Positions 43,536 through 52,327 of a stretch of 64,000 bases of DNA are shown here, in pieces. The notes below the pieces were generated by a model. The model saw only the letters and a program-made list of their open reading frames with translations. It was not told the DNA's origin and searched no databases. Made by a program: the position numbers and the translations under genes. Position 1 is the stretch's first letter. Each line of letters begins with the position of its first letter. Source of the DNA: Anaerolineales bacterium (lineage in GTDB: Bacteria > Chloroflexota > Anaerolineae > Anaerolineales > UBA6668); the NCBI GenBank assembly GCA_020630805.1, contig JAHDIM010000001.1:5887-69886 (forward strand), written 5' to 3'.

Positions 43536-44807
43536 TTATGGGTCGGGCGCAGAAACTGCTGGCAACGCAGGCGGTACAACATCGCGAAATTCTATCCATG
43601 ACAATTTGCCACGCTCGACAACAACTTTGGTAGTACGGCTTGTGAAATCTGTTCGCACGCCGACAGAGTATTCACCGGGTGGCAGATCTGTGATGCCGAA
43701 ATTTTCGCCGTATTCATCATCTGGATTGACAGGGCCGTGATAGGTATCAACATAGCGTGTAATGCCGTTGAAGTCAGCATGCTCCATGTTCTCACCTCGA
43801 ATGATGATCTGCGCACCACGGACAAGATTACCGTCTTCGTCGACAACGCGGCCTGCTAAGGCACCCCAGCCTGGAGCAGGCTTGAGCCAGAGTTCAGGGT
43901 TACGGGTGGACCAGTAATCGTTATAGCCAACGCGAACTTCGAAGTGTAGGTGAGGCCCACCTTGTGCTGCCCCAGAACCACCAACTAAGCCAATGACTTC
44001 GTTTGCCTGCACACGGTCACCCGTTTCAACGAGTGCTTCGCTCATGTGACCATACAAAGTGTAGACAGGTTGGTCTTTGTAGACGACATCATGCTTCAAC
44101 ACGACCATTGTGCCGTAGAAAAATAACATCGGGCCGAATTGGTCTTCCCAGTCTGGACCTGAAAAGACAACTTCACCAGATCCAACAGCCAAGATTGGCG
44201 TGCCAGTAGGGTTTTCAAGATCAATGGCGTAGTGCATCGGCAGCAGACCATCTTGGGTTTCACCGTACCGATAGTTTGGTGATGCAAAGTCTTGATTGTC
44301 CGCGCCAATCGGTCGATTGAACACAAAGTGCGGTTCAATGGGGCCATTGTAGGCTTCATAAGTCGCAACTGGCGTATCGGTCACACCAGGCACCTTAGTA
44401 GGGAAGGGCGTAAACGTTGGCGTTGGGGTTGGCGTGTTCGACGGTGTGAATGTTGGCGTTGGTGTCGGCGTATTAGACGGCGTCAGCGTAAAGGTTGGCG
44501 TAATGCTTGGTGTTAAGCTTGGTGTAGACGTCAACGTTGGGGTTAGCGTTGGCCCAGTTGGCGTAAATGTTGGGGTTAGCGTTGGTGTACTACTAGGGGT
44601 GAGTGATGGCGTGAACGTTGCCGTTGACAACGCGATTTTTGGAGCAGGCAACGTATTCGTTGCAGTTGGCTCAAAAGATGCAATGATGTCAGTAGCCGTT
44701 TGACAAGCCAGCAGCGTAAATGCAGCGCCAACGCAAAATACCAATATAGATAACGAACGGCGCAAACTTGTTCTTTTTTCCGTTAAGGAATGGTCAGTAG
44801 TAGCCAT
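43536..44807 (-). CDS. M23 family metallopeptidase, tandem paralog with PT-rich linker
   Basis: MHYAID, GGPHLHFE, and the same C-terminal NPELW...LAGRVVD module as its neighbour. I prefer the ATG at 44807, because the TTG at 44819 lies inside a U-tract. Confidence 0.85.
   Translation of the reverse strand: MATTDHSLTEKRTSLRRSLSILVFCVGAAFTLLACQTATDIIASFEPTATNTLPAPKIALSTATFTPSLTPSSTPTLTPTFTPTGPTLTPTLTSTPSLTPSITPTFTLTPSNTPTPTPTFTPSNTPTPTPTFTPFPTKVPGVTDTPVATYEAYNGPIEPHFVFNRPIGADNQDFASPNYRYGETQDGLLPMHYAIDLENPTGTPILAVGSGEVVFSGPDWEDQFGPMLFFYGTMVVLKHDVVYKDQPVYTLYGHMSEALVETGDRVQANEVIGLVGGSGAAQGGPHLHFEVRVGYNDYWSTRNPELWLKPAPGWGALAGRVVDEDGNLVRGAQIIIRGENMEHADFNGITRYVDTYHGPVNPDDEYGENFGITDLPPGEYSVGVRTDFTSRTTKVVVERGKLSWIEFRDVVPPALPAVSAPDP
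44400..44624 (-). repeat. Low-complexity DNA encoding a Pro/Thr/Ser linker
   Basis: Encodes TATFTPSLTPSSTPTLTPTFTPTGPTLTPTLTSTPSLTPSITPTFTLTPSNTPTPTPTFTPSNTPTPTPTFTPFP. Confidence 0.8.
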
Positions 44808-44826
44808 AAATCCGTGCAAAAATAAA

Positions 44827-44844
44827 GCCGACGCAAACGTCGGC
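44827..44844 (-). promoter_or_regulatory. GC hairpin plus U-tract at the predicted 5' end of the M23 transcript
   Basis: Minus strand reads GCCGACG-tttg-CGTCGGC followed by TTTATTTTT. It starts 7 nt after the -10 hexamer. Confidence 0.5.
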
Positions 44845-44850
44845 GGCGAG

Positions 44851-44859
44851 ATTATACCA
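44851..44859 (-). promoter_or_regulatory. Consensus extended -10 promoter TGgTATAAT for the M23 paralog
   Basis: The reverse complement of ATTATACCA at 44851-44859. Confidence 0.6.
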
Positions 44860-45088
44860 ATCCGCTATTGTTGGTTGGTTAGAAAACGGCAATAGTTCTG
44901 CGACCGTTTAGTGGTCGTCTTTTTATCCAACGCGTTTGTATATGGATGAATCTTTTGCGAAATAGTCTCAACTTCGCAGAACAGGATGTGTACAAGTTGA
45001 TCTAAACGTGGTCGGTAATGTTTCGGGTAAAATTTGGTTAGAAAATGGTGCGCAGTATAAATTTCAACATGAATGTGCATCTCATTAA

Positions 45089-46672
45089 ATGAACAAAGTT
45101 TTTGAAATTTTTGGTCGTAAGTGGCTAGGGATTGGTATCCCTATATTTGCGATGACCCTGAGTATGTTAGCCTGTGCGCGCGGCGTAGGTCCGGAAGGAA
45201 ACGTAGATTTGCGTGGTCGTGTGACTCTCGTGGGGCCTACTGAATCCGTTCAAGAAGTTATTACGCCTCCCGCGGCGATTGAAGTGGTCGTTCAGCCGAC
45301 GGCTGTGGTCACTGTAGAAGTGATCGGCACACCCACGCCAAACCCAGTAGATGACGCTGATGTGCTATCTAGCGTGCCTGACCAGCCGTATTTCATTCAA
45401 AATGGCGATACATACGCCATTATTGCGGAGCGTTTTGCTATTCCAGTTGAGACACTATTGTCATATAACGACTTGACTGAAGATGAACTACTCTACGCGG
45501 GCGACATGCTGCTCATCCCGAATGATGTCTTGCCAACCGGGCCAACGTTCAAAGTTATTCCTGACTCAGAATTAGTTTACGGACCTGCAACCGTCAATTT
45601 TGATGTTGAGCGTACAGTAAGTAGCTATGCAGGCTATTTGGCCTCCTTTACGGAAGTGGATCAAGGCACTGGAGAAGTCCGTACAGGCAGCGAAATTGTG
45701 GCCCTTGTCTCCCGACGGTACTCAGTCAACCCAAGATTGTTGCTAACGCTGTTGGAATATCAGGCGGGCTGGCTGACGAATCCTGCTCCGGCAGAGGAGA
45801 CGTTGACCTATCCAATGGGGCAAATTGAAGGCGGTCGCGAAGGCTTGTTGCGCCAATTATCATATACAGCAAACCAGTTGAATGCTGGGTTTTACGCGCA
45901 TTACTATGACAATCCGGTCACAATCAACGTAAACAACGGACCGTTTTTGAACGTGGGCGAAGGTGTCAATGCAGGCACAGTCGCAGTTCAGCGCTATCTT
46001 GGGTTATATTATGAAGAGGCAGCTTGGCAGACTGCGGTGAGCGCGGACGGCGTGTACCGCACCTATTCACAGCTTTTTGGTAATCCATTTTCTTATACTG
46101 TGGACCCGTTGGTGCCGAATGGATTAGGTGCGCCAAGTCTCACGCTACCATGGTCTGTTGGTGAAACATGGTTCTTCACCGGTGGCCCGCACGGTGGCTG
46201 GGATAGCGGTAGCGCTTGGGCATCAGTTGACTTTGCGCCACCTTCACAGGTCGGGTGTGGTGCAGCGCCAGAGTGGGTCATTGCGTCGGCTGATGGTCTT
46301 GTCGTTCGATCTGAAGACGGTACAGTGATGCAGGATCTGGATCGCGATGGGAATGAACAAACCGGCTGGGTGATTTTCTATATGCACATTGATACAGAAG
46401 GTCGTGTTCCGGTCGGTACAGAGCTAAAGCGTGGTGACCGCGTTGGGCATCCTTCTTGTGAAGGGGGCTTTTCAACGGGAACGCACTTGCACTTTGCTCG
46501 TAAATTCAATGGTGTCTGGATCAGCGCAGATGATCCAAACCTGCCATTCAACTTAGATGGATATCAACTTTCCTCGACTGGCAACGAATACGATGGTTAC
46601 TTACAGCGCGGCGATGGCTCGATTGAAGCTTGGAACGGTCGCGGTGAAATCAATGCCGTGTTACGCAACTAA
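45089..46672 (+). CDS. LysM domain-containing M23-like peptidase
   Basis: Signal/lipobox LSMLAC, LysM (YFIQNGDTYAIIAERFAIPVETLLSYN), and the HxxxD and HxH motifs (GPHGGWD, GTHLHF). Confidence 0.8.
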   Translation: MNKVFEIFGRKWLGIGIPIFAMTLSMLACARGVGPEGNVDLRGRVTLVGPTESVQEVITPPAAIEVVVQPTAVVTVEVIGTPTPNPVDDADVLSSVPDQPYFIQNGDTYAIIAERFAIPVETLLSYNDLTEDELLYAGDMLLIPNDVLPTGPTFKVIPDSELVYGPATVNFDVERTVSSYAGYLASFTEVDQGTGEVRTGSEIVALVSRRYSVNPRLLLTLLEYQAGWLTNPAPAEETLTYPMGQIEGGREGLLRQLSYTANQLNAGFYAHYYDNPVTINVNNGPFLNVGEGVNAGTVAVQRYLGLYYEEAAWQTAVSADGVYRTYSQLFGNPFSYTVDPLVPNGLGAPSLTLPWSVGETWFFTGGPHGGWDSGSAWASVDFAPPSQVGCGAAPEWVIASADGLVVRSEDGTVMQDLDRDGNEQTGWVIFYMHIDTEGRVPVGTELKRGDRVGHPSCEGGFSTGTHLHFARKFNGVWISADDPNLPFNLDGYQLSSTGNEYDGYLQRGDGSIEAWNGRGEINAVLRN

Positions 46673-46675
46673 TTC

Positions 46676-48448
46676 ATGAGTTCTCAGTCTTCGGTTCTTG
46701 CCACCATTTACGCGCGTCTCCCAGACGATCGCGTGTTGGTGTACGACTTATATTCCACGCCAGTTACGATTGGGCGCGGCATTGATGCTGAAATCTCTTT
46801 GCCGCATGCCTCAGTTGCAACCCGCCATGCGTTACTCGCACAGCCAGCCAAAAGCCTCGCAATTGAAGATCTCGGCTCAACGTTAGGGACAGAACTCAAT
46901 GCAGTGCGCCTAGAAAAAGGAGAGCTGTATGAGGTTCTGACTGGCGCGACCGTAAAAATTGGGGATGTTTATCTTTCCATTGTAGGGGCTGGTGAACAGC
47001 ACCCACAGTGGGCACAAAAAGCAGAGCTTAAATCCAAGTCTGGGACGCCTCCAGACGGTGCCGCGACTTTTTTGGTCGCAGAAGGCATTGTCAAACAGAC
47101 GGCCTTAGAGCAGACCGCAGAACAGATTAGTGCGGTGTCGGCAGATATTCTAGAGCCGGAAGATCCTAATCCGGATCCGGAAATTGAGAAGCGCCAAGTT
47201 ATTCAGGCTGTTGATACAGCCCAGATTTCTGAGCCTGTCCAAGATTCAGAGTTTGCCATCAATCCGACGGCAGACCTTTCGAGTGATGACTTTGGGCTAG
47301 ATGATCCTGATTTCTCCGAATTAGCCATCACAATTGATCCGCCGGAAAGTAGCGATCAGTTTACAGTAGTGGTTACCAATACGAGTGAGTTACCGCTGAC
47401 GGTTGAGATCAATGTGGCGGATCAGCATGGCAAGCTTTCTTACAACTGTAACCCAAACTTAGTTGACTTAGACGCGGGGCAAAGTGCCAGCGCGACGTTA
47501 GATGTAAATCTGCTAGAACGTTCGCGTCGTCGCCGCTATCCATTCCGAGTCTTGGCGTTGGTGGATGACCTGCCATTGGCAGAAACCACGGCGGCGTATA
47601 TTCGGAAGCCACTGTCAGTTGGTTGTTTAGCCAGTATTTTGGGCGGTCTGGCCTTGCTTTTGCTGGCTGCATTTGGTGCAACAGCAGCAGCGTTTTGCCC
47701 GACTATGTTGGACAATAATTGTCCGGTAGACGTGCCAGTGAATCGGTTGAGTTTGCTTGTTGCAACGCCAATTACACCAGAGCCAACGTTGCCACCGCCT
47801 ACGCAACTTCCTACCGCCGAGCCAATTACACCAGTCCCGACATTTACAAATACAGCCGAACCTGAGCCGGAGCCTACGGCAACGCTGATTGTGACAGCCG
47901 AGCCGACAGCGCTTCCAACTCCAACGCCGGGCGAACGCAGAAGTTTCTTCACTTACAAGGTAGTTGAAGATGACATCGTGTCCTTATTTAGTCAAGTTGA
48001 TGGCAATGGACCGGTAGCGCTTGTAACCGGCGTTTCTGATGCCCAAGTGCTGAGCGCAACGGCTGGCGATGGTGGCAAATATGCCTTGAACGTTTCAGAA
48101 TTTGGAGCAGAGTCGCTCTGGATTGTCGATGTCAATGGTGAAGTGTTGGCCCGAGATATCCAAGGTGACTGGGATGTACTGCTTGATGCGCAATGGTCAC
48201 CAGATGGACAGTGGCTGACAGTGACTGCATCTTCGGAAGTTGATGAGCGCTTTTTCATTACCTATGATGGGAATTCTGGCGCAGTCATTAGCGTGCCAGC
48301 GTTGGTTGCTGAGTTCCCAACATTGACCCCTGAACCGACTGAAATTGTTGAAGAGTCTACGGTTGCGCCAGAAGCAACGCCTGAAGGGGCTGATGGTGCT
48401 GACGCTGAGGCAACGCTTGAACCGACTGAAACCGAGGAGGAAGGATAA
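46676..48448 (+). CDS. FHA domain membrane protein with PT linker and PD40-like C-terminal region
   Basis: N-terminal FHA (VTIGRGIDAEISLPHASVATRHALL...LGSTLGTELN), one TM (LASILGGLALLLLAAFGA), a Pro/Thr/Glu linker and DAQWSPDGQWLTV. It starts 3 nt after the upstream stop. Confidence 0.8.
   Translation: MSSQSSVLATIYARLPDDRVLVYDLYSTPVTIGRGIDAEISLPHASVATRHALLAQPAKSLAIEDLGSTLGTELNAVRLEKGELYEVLTGATVKIGDVYLSIVGAGEQHPQWAQKAELKSKSGTPPDGAATFLVAEGIVKQTALEQTAEQISAVSADILEPEDPNPDPEIEKRQVIQAVDTAQISEPVQDSEFAINPTADLSSDDFGLDDPDFSELAITIDPPESSDQFTVVVTNTSELPLTVEINVADQHGKLSYNCNPNLVDLDAGQSASATLDVNLLERSRRRRYPFRVLALVDDLPLAETTAAYIRKPLSVGCLASILGGLALLLLAAFGATAAAFCPTMLDNNCPVDVPVNRLSLLVATPITPEPTLPPPTQLPTAEPITPVPTFTNTAEPEPEPTATLIVTAEPTALPTPTPGERRSFFTYKVVEDDIVSLFSQVDGNGPVALVTGVSDAQVLSATAGDGGKYALNVSEFGAESLWIVDVNGEVLARDIQGDWDVLLDAQWSPDGQWLTVTASSEVDERFFITYDGNSGAVISVPALVAEFPTLTPEPTEIVEESTVAPEATPEGADGADAEATLEPTETEEEG
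47761..47935 (+). repeat. Low-complexity DNA encoding a Pro/Thr/Glu linker
   Basis: Encodes ATPITPEPTLPPPTQLPTAEPITPVPTFTNTAEPEPEPTATLIVTAEPTALPTPTPG. Confidence 0.75.
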
Positions 48449-49389
48449 TGCTAAAACGTGTGTTGCTAATTGTTTTTAGCGTCTTCCTTGCTGCTTGTGG
48501 CGGTGTCGGCGTAAGTTCATACAGTGCAACCAGTGACTTAGTCACTATCGTGGATTTTGACGGATTATATGCAGTCTCGCAAGATGGTGAGTCTGAAATC
48601 TACTTAGCCGAAGATGTCAATCCACATTACAGCACGCTTGTGATCGGCGAACAAGTTGTCTTTGTAGATTCAGACGGACAGCTTTTGGCAGTTCCACAAA
48701 CCGGCGGCGACGCTATCCTTGTACGTGAAGAACGTGTTTCTCCAGATAGTGGGTTTATCTTTGCGCTGCCTTCAGACGAAATCTTGCTGCTTGATGAGCG
48801 CGTGCTTGGTGGCACCCGCTATGCACAGGTAATTGACCCAGCAACGGGTCAAATTGTGAGTCAAATTGAAGGGATTGCAGGGGTCTTTATTTCAGATGCC
48901 GCGCTCATTGCCCGACCCAATGAAGAAGGTTGGTATACACCTGCGTTAGCAGATGGACAACTCAAGCTTATTTTTCAAGCCGAAGACGACCCTGATTTGC
49001 TGTTTTTGTACAGCGCTAATGCCTCAGGATTTGAGTTTGTCGAAATTTTGCCGCGTGAACTTAGTGAAGATGATCAGGCGCTACTTGCGTTACGTAATCT
49101 AACAAACCTGCGGAGTGGGGTGTTGACGCCCGATGGCCGAAATCTTGTGCTGCACACCGAAACGGAGACCGCGCCAATTACCCATGGCCTCTGGCTGATT
49201 CCGCTTGATTCGGACGCTCCTGCGCGCAACTTATACACAGGTCTTGGCGCAGCGCCAGAGTTTGCAGTTTCGCCACTGGATAACCAAATCGCCTATACGT
49301 CAAGTGCTGGTGTCTTGGAAGTTTTGGACATCGACTCGGGTACGGTTACGCAATTGCCTGCCGGTGCTCAAGCCCCAGATTGGCGCTAG
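48448..49389 (+). CDS. Hypothetical lipoprotein with beta-propeller-like (PD40-type) segments
   Basis: Lipobox FLAACGG and LTPDGRNLVL. The start overlaps the FHA gene stop (TAATG). Confidence 0.6.
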   Translation: MLKRVLLIVFSVFLAACGGVGVSSYSATSDLVTIVDFDGLYAVSQDGESEIYLAEDVNPHYSTLVIGEQVVFVDSDGQLLAVPQTGGDAILVREERVSPDSGFIFALPSDEILLLDERVLGGTRYAQVIDPATGQIVSQIEGIAGVFISDAALIARPNEEGWYTPALADGQLKLIFQAEDDPDLLFLYSANASGFEFVEILPRELSEDDQALLALRNLTNLRSGVLTPDGRNLVLHTETETAPITHGLWLIPLDSDAPARNLYTGLGAAPEFAVSPLDNQIAYTSSAGVLEVLDIDSGTVTQLPAGAQAPDWR

Positions 49390-49485
49390 ACGGCTGACCA
49401 AATTTATTCTTAATCTACGTCTAGACTACGATTGTGTATATTTTCACAATTGGTCATAAATCGTACCCCAAACTCACTTTCTGAG

Positions 49486-49494
49486 TGCTAGAAT
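49486..49494 (+). promoter_or_regulatory. Extended -10 TGcTAGAAT, 6 nt before the ATG at 49501
   Basis: gagTGcTAGAATctaggcATG, with no SD. Confidence 0.55.
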
Positions 49495-49500
49495 CTAGGC

Positions 49501-50202
49501 ATGGCTCATTTATCCGGAACTGAACGCGCTCAATATGTTCAAGGGATGTTTGCACGCATCGCTGGACGCTATGATTTGATGAATCGTCTAATGACGTTTG
49601 GTCAAGATGTTGGATGGCGTAACATTGTGCTCGACAAGGCGCAACTCAAGCCAGGCGACTCATATCTTGATCTCGGAACAGGGACAGGTGACTTGGCGTT
49701 TGCCGCTAATGAACGTGTACCGCTTGATGTTTGCGTTGGCGGTGACTTTACTGTCGAAATGATGTTTGTCGGCCAAGATCGCCCGAAAGGTGATCAGATT
49801 GAATGGTCAGGCACAGATGCCCTCAATCTGCCATTTCCGGAAGACAACTTTGACGTTGTCACCTCTGGCTTTCTCATGCGGAATGTGATTGACGTGCAGC
49901 GCGCGTTTGAAGAGCAATATCGCGTTCTGAAAGACGGTGGGCGCATTGTGGTGCTAGATACCACGCCGCCACCCGACAACATGCTAAAACCTTTCATCAA
50001 TTTCCATATGCATACGGTTATCCCGACCATTGGCAAAGTGCTGACTGGAGCGGGGGATGCATACAACTATTTGCCTGACTCTACCCAAGGCTTTCTCAAA
50101 GCAGAGCAACTTGCCATTCGTATGCGCAATGTAGGCTTCCGTGACGTTGGCTTTAAGCGCCTCAACTTTGGCACCATCGCAATCCATTGGGGAGTAAAAT
50201 AG
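49501..50202 (+). CDS. ubiE: Demethylmenaquinone/ubiquinone C-methyltransferase
   Basis: VQGMFARIAGRYDLMNRLMTFGQDVGWR and the SAM motif LDLGTGTGD. Confidence 0.88.
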   Translation: MAHLSGTERAQYVQGMFARIAGRYDLMNRLMTFGQDVGWRNIVLDKAQLKPGDSYLDLGTGTGDLAFAANERVPLDVCVGGDFTVEMMFVGQDRPKGDQIEWSGTDALNLPFPEDNFDVVTSGFLMRNVIDVQRAFEEQYRVLKDGGRIVVLDTTPPPDNMLKPFINFHMHTVIPTIGKVLTGAGDAYNYLPDSTQGFLKAEQLAIRMRNVGFRDVGFKRLNFGTIAIHWGVK

Positions 50203-50302
50203 TCAACGATCAATTGACAATAGTCAACTTTCAATGCTCGGTTTCTTAGCGACTTAGGCCGTTGAAAAATGACTGCTGATCATTGGAAATTGACCATTGA
50301 CG

Positions 50303-51028
50303 ATGCATTCCGATAAAGCCGCCCTCCGGGGTGAACCCTCTTATGTTTGGCGCGATGGACAACGTCGCCGCCTTGAAATGATCCTCGATTCAGCACCAAC
50401 GCTGGCAGGCGAGCGCGTGCTCGTCGATGGCTGTGGCGTTGGGAGTTATGTCCATCGGCTGAAAGATCATTGTCTCGCTGTTCATGGTCTAGACATCGAA
50501 TTCGATCGACTTACTAATCCTGTCGCGCCTTTACCTGATCTCACAAATGGCGTGGGCGAATATTTGCCTTATCCTGACAATACGTTTTCATTAGTGCTGT
50601 CTCATGAGGTCTTGGAGCATGTGCAAGACGATCGACTAGCAGCGAAGGAAATTGCGCGCGTATTGAAGCCGGGTGGACGCGCAGTTGTCTTTGTACCGAA
50701 CCGTGGCTATCCTTTTGAAACCCATGGCATTTATTGGCGCGGAGAGTATAAGTTTGGCAACAAGCCACTTGTGAACTATCTGCCCATGCCGTTACGGAAT
50801 CAGTTGGCGCCGCATGTCAAGGTGTACTCCAAACGCGACCTGCAACGCTTGTTTTCACATCTTTCACTCAAACTCGTCTCCCATCAGGCCATTTACGGGG
50901 GGTACGACAACATCATTGCTAGAATGGGCGCGAATGGTAAACGCATTCGCGATGCGCTATATAAACTCGAAGGAACCCCGCTACAGTGGTTGGGGTTGTC
51001 TCACTTTGCTGTTTGGGAGAAGGTGTAG
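50303..51028 (+). CDS. Class I SAM-dependent methyltransferase
   Basis: VLVDGCGVGSY (motif I) and LKPGGRAVVFVPN. I prefer the ATG at 50303 over the TTG at 50297. Confidence 0.8.
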   Translation: MHSDKAALRGEPSYVWRDGQRRRLEMILDSAPTLAGERVLVDGCGVGSYVHRLKDHCLAVHGLDIEFDRLTNPVAPLPDLTNGVGEYLPYPDNTFSLVLSHEVLEHVQDDRLAAKEIARVLKPGGRAVVFVPNRGYPFETHGIYWRGEYKFGNKPLVNYLPMPLRNQLAPHVKVYSKRDLQRLFSHLSLKLVSHQAIYGGYDNIIARMGANGKRIRDALYKLEGTPLQWLGLSHFAVWEKV

Positions 51029-51033
51029 GCAAG

Positions 51034-52308
51034 TTGAGCGCGCCAACATCATTTCTCTCTGCAGTCCGTCAAGTCCGATATTTCCCCCGTAATGTAAAGC
51101 TGCTGTTCCTCAGCGCTGCATTTTCGGGTCTCTCGTTCGGCGTTTTTCAATTCCTTTTCAATTTTTATATTCTTAGTCTGTCGCGTGGTTATGATGAGCA
51201 GTTCATTGGCACGTTGCAGACAGTTTCGTCGTTAGGCGCAATTATGGTCGCGCTGCCAATTGCGTGGCTGGTCGAGCGTTGGTCTCCGCGAAAAGCGCTG
51301 ATCACCGGTGCAGTGCTAAGTGTTTCATCTGTCGCAGGTGTGTTGTTATTTGAATCGGCTGCGGCGCTGCTGTTCTTCCGCATGCTGGGCGGTATGTCTA
51401 TTGCATCGCAGAATGTGGCCCGCGCACCGTTTCTGATGCGCAACACCTCAGATGATGATCGGCAATGGGTGTTTAGCTTCAGCTTTGGTCTAATGACGAT
51501 TGCCGGGTTCGTTGGGAATTTGCTTGGTGGGCAAGCGCCAACGTGGGTATCACGAGTGATTGATGCAGGGCCAACCGACACGATTTCGTATCGCTTAGCA
51601 ATGGCATTGATGGCGCTGTTGTTGTCTTGTGGGCTGTTTCCATTGTTCTCCCTGCGTGAATCGCCACGTAAGAAAGACGTGAAGCCAGCGCGCATCATCG
51701 ATTTGCTGCGTGAACACGGACGGACGCTTATTCGATTGCTAACGCCCCCGCTGATTATTGGTCTAGGCGCCGGCACCATGATGCCATTCATGAATATCTA
51801 TTTTCGTAATATTTATGAAAAACCAGATCCGCCAATTGCGATGCTGTTTGCCATTGGGGCGGTCGGGATGGCAATCGGGCAGTTCTTTGGCCCGCCGCTT
51901 GTGGAACGGCTCGGCAAGATCAAGTCTGTGTTGGTGTCGCAATATGCCTCTGTGCCTTTTCTAATTTTGTTAGGTTCTGGTGCTTATCTCGTGCCAACTG
52001 GATTAGTCTCAGCAAATGTCTTCTTCTATGTGGCGGCATTTGCATACATTATGCGACTCGCCTTGATGAACTTGGCGAATCCCATCTACCAGACGTTCAT
52101 GTTGGAAACCGTAAGTGAAGACGCACAAGCGCTGACGATGAGCCTTAGTGCAATTTCATTTCAATTTGGCTGGTTTCTAATGCCGCAAATTAGCGGCTGG
52201 CTGCAAGTCAAATTTGAGCCGTTTGGGTTTGTCTACGTCTTTTCAATTGTTGTGGCGCTCTACTTATTGGGCACGACCATGCAATGGGTGCTGTTTGGCC
52301 GCGAGTAA
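51034..52308 (+). CDS. MFS transporter
   Basis: About 12 hydrophobic helices. I chose the TTG at 51034 after GGAGAAGG. The track start at 50986 overlaps the upstream gene. Confidence 0.75.
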   Translation: MSAPTSFLSAVRQVRYFPRNVKLLFLSAAFSGLSFGVFQFLFNFYILSLSRGYDEQFIGTLQTVSSLGAIMVALPIAWLVERWSPRKALITGAVLSVSSVAGVLLFESAAALLFFRMLGGMSIASQNVARAPFLMRNTSDDDRQWVFSFSFGLMTIAGFVGNLLGGQAPTWVSRVIDAGPTDTISYRLAMALMALLLSCGLFPLFSLRESPRKKDVKPARIIDLLREHGRTLIRLLTPPLIIGLGAGTMMPFMNIYFRNIYEKPDPPIAMLFAIGAVGMAIGQFFGPPLVERLGKIKSVLVSQYASVPFLILLGSGAYLVPTGLVSANVFFYVAAFAYIMRLALMNLANPIYQTFMLETVSEDAQALTMSLSAISFQFGWFLMPQISGWLQVKFEPFGFVYVFSIVVALYLLGTTMQWVLFGRE

Positions 52309-52315
52309 AGTCCTC

Positions 52316-52321
52316 TAAAAT
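52316..52321 (+). promoter_or_regulatory. -10-like TAAAAT, 6 nt before the ATG at 52328
   Basis: ctcTAAAATaggcgtATG, with no SD. Confidence 0.4.
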
Positions 52322-52327
52322 AGGCGT

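Noticed and set aside
43225-43740. ORFs translating to GVGVGV... repeats (43225..43740 +, 44434..44703 +, 47536..47952 -).
   Set aside because: These are antisense readings of the Pro/Thr linker-coding low-complexity DNA. They are an artefact of the repeat, not genes.
43260-44624. The possibility that the short repeats are a CRISPR array or VNTR locus.
   Set aside because: The repeat units are only a few nt long and imperfect. They lie inside long ORFs and encode PT linkers, with no spacer/repeat architecture.
44808-44819. TTG at 44819 as the start of the second M23 paralog.
   Set aside because: The codon is part of the U-tract directly after a GC hairpin. The ATG four codons downstream is the more plausible initiator.
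44865-45080. 71-aa His/Lys-rich minus-strand ORF in the AT-rich divergent region between M23 genes.
   Set aside because: There is no SD and no recognisable motif. The region contains the promoters of both flanking genes (TGgTATAAT at 44851..44859). I treat it as non-coding, although a small protein cannot be excluded.
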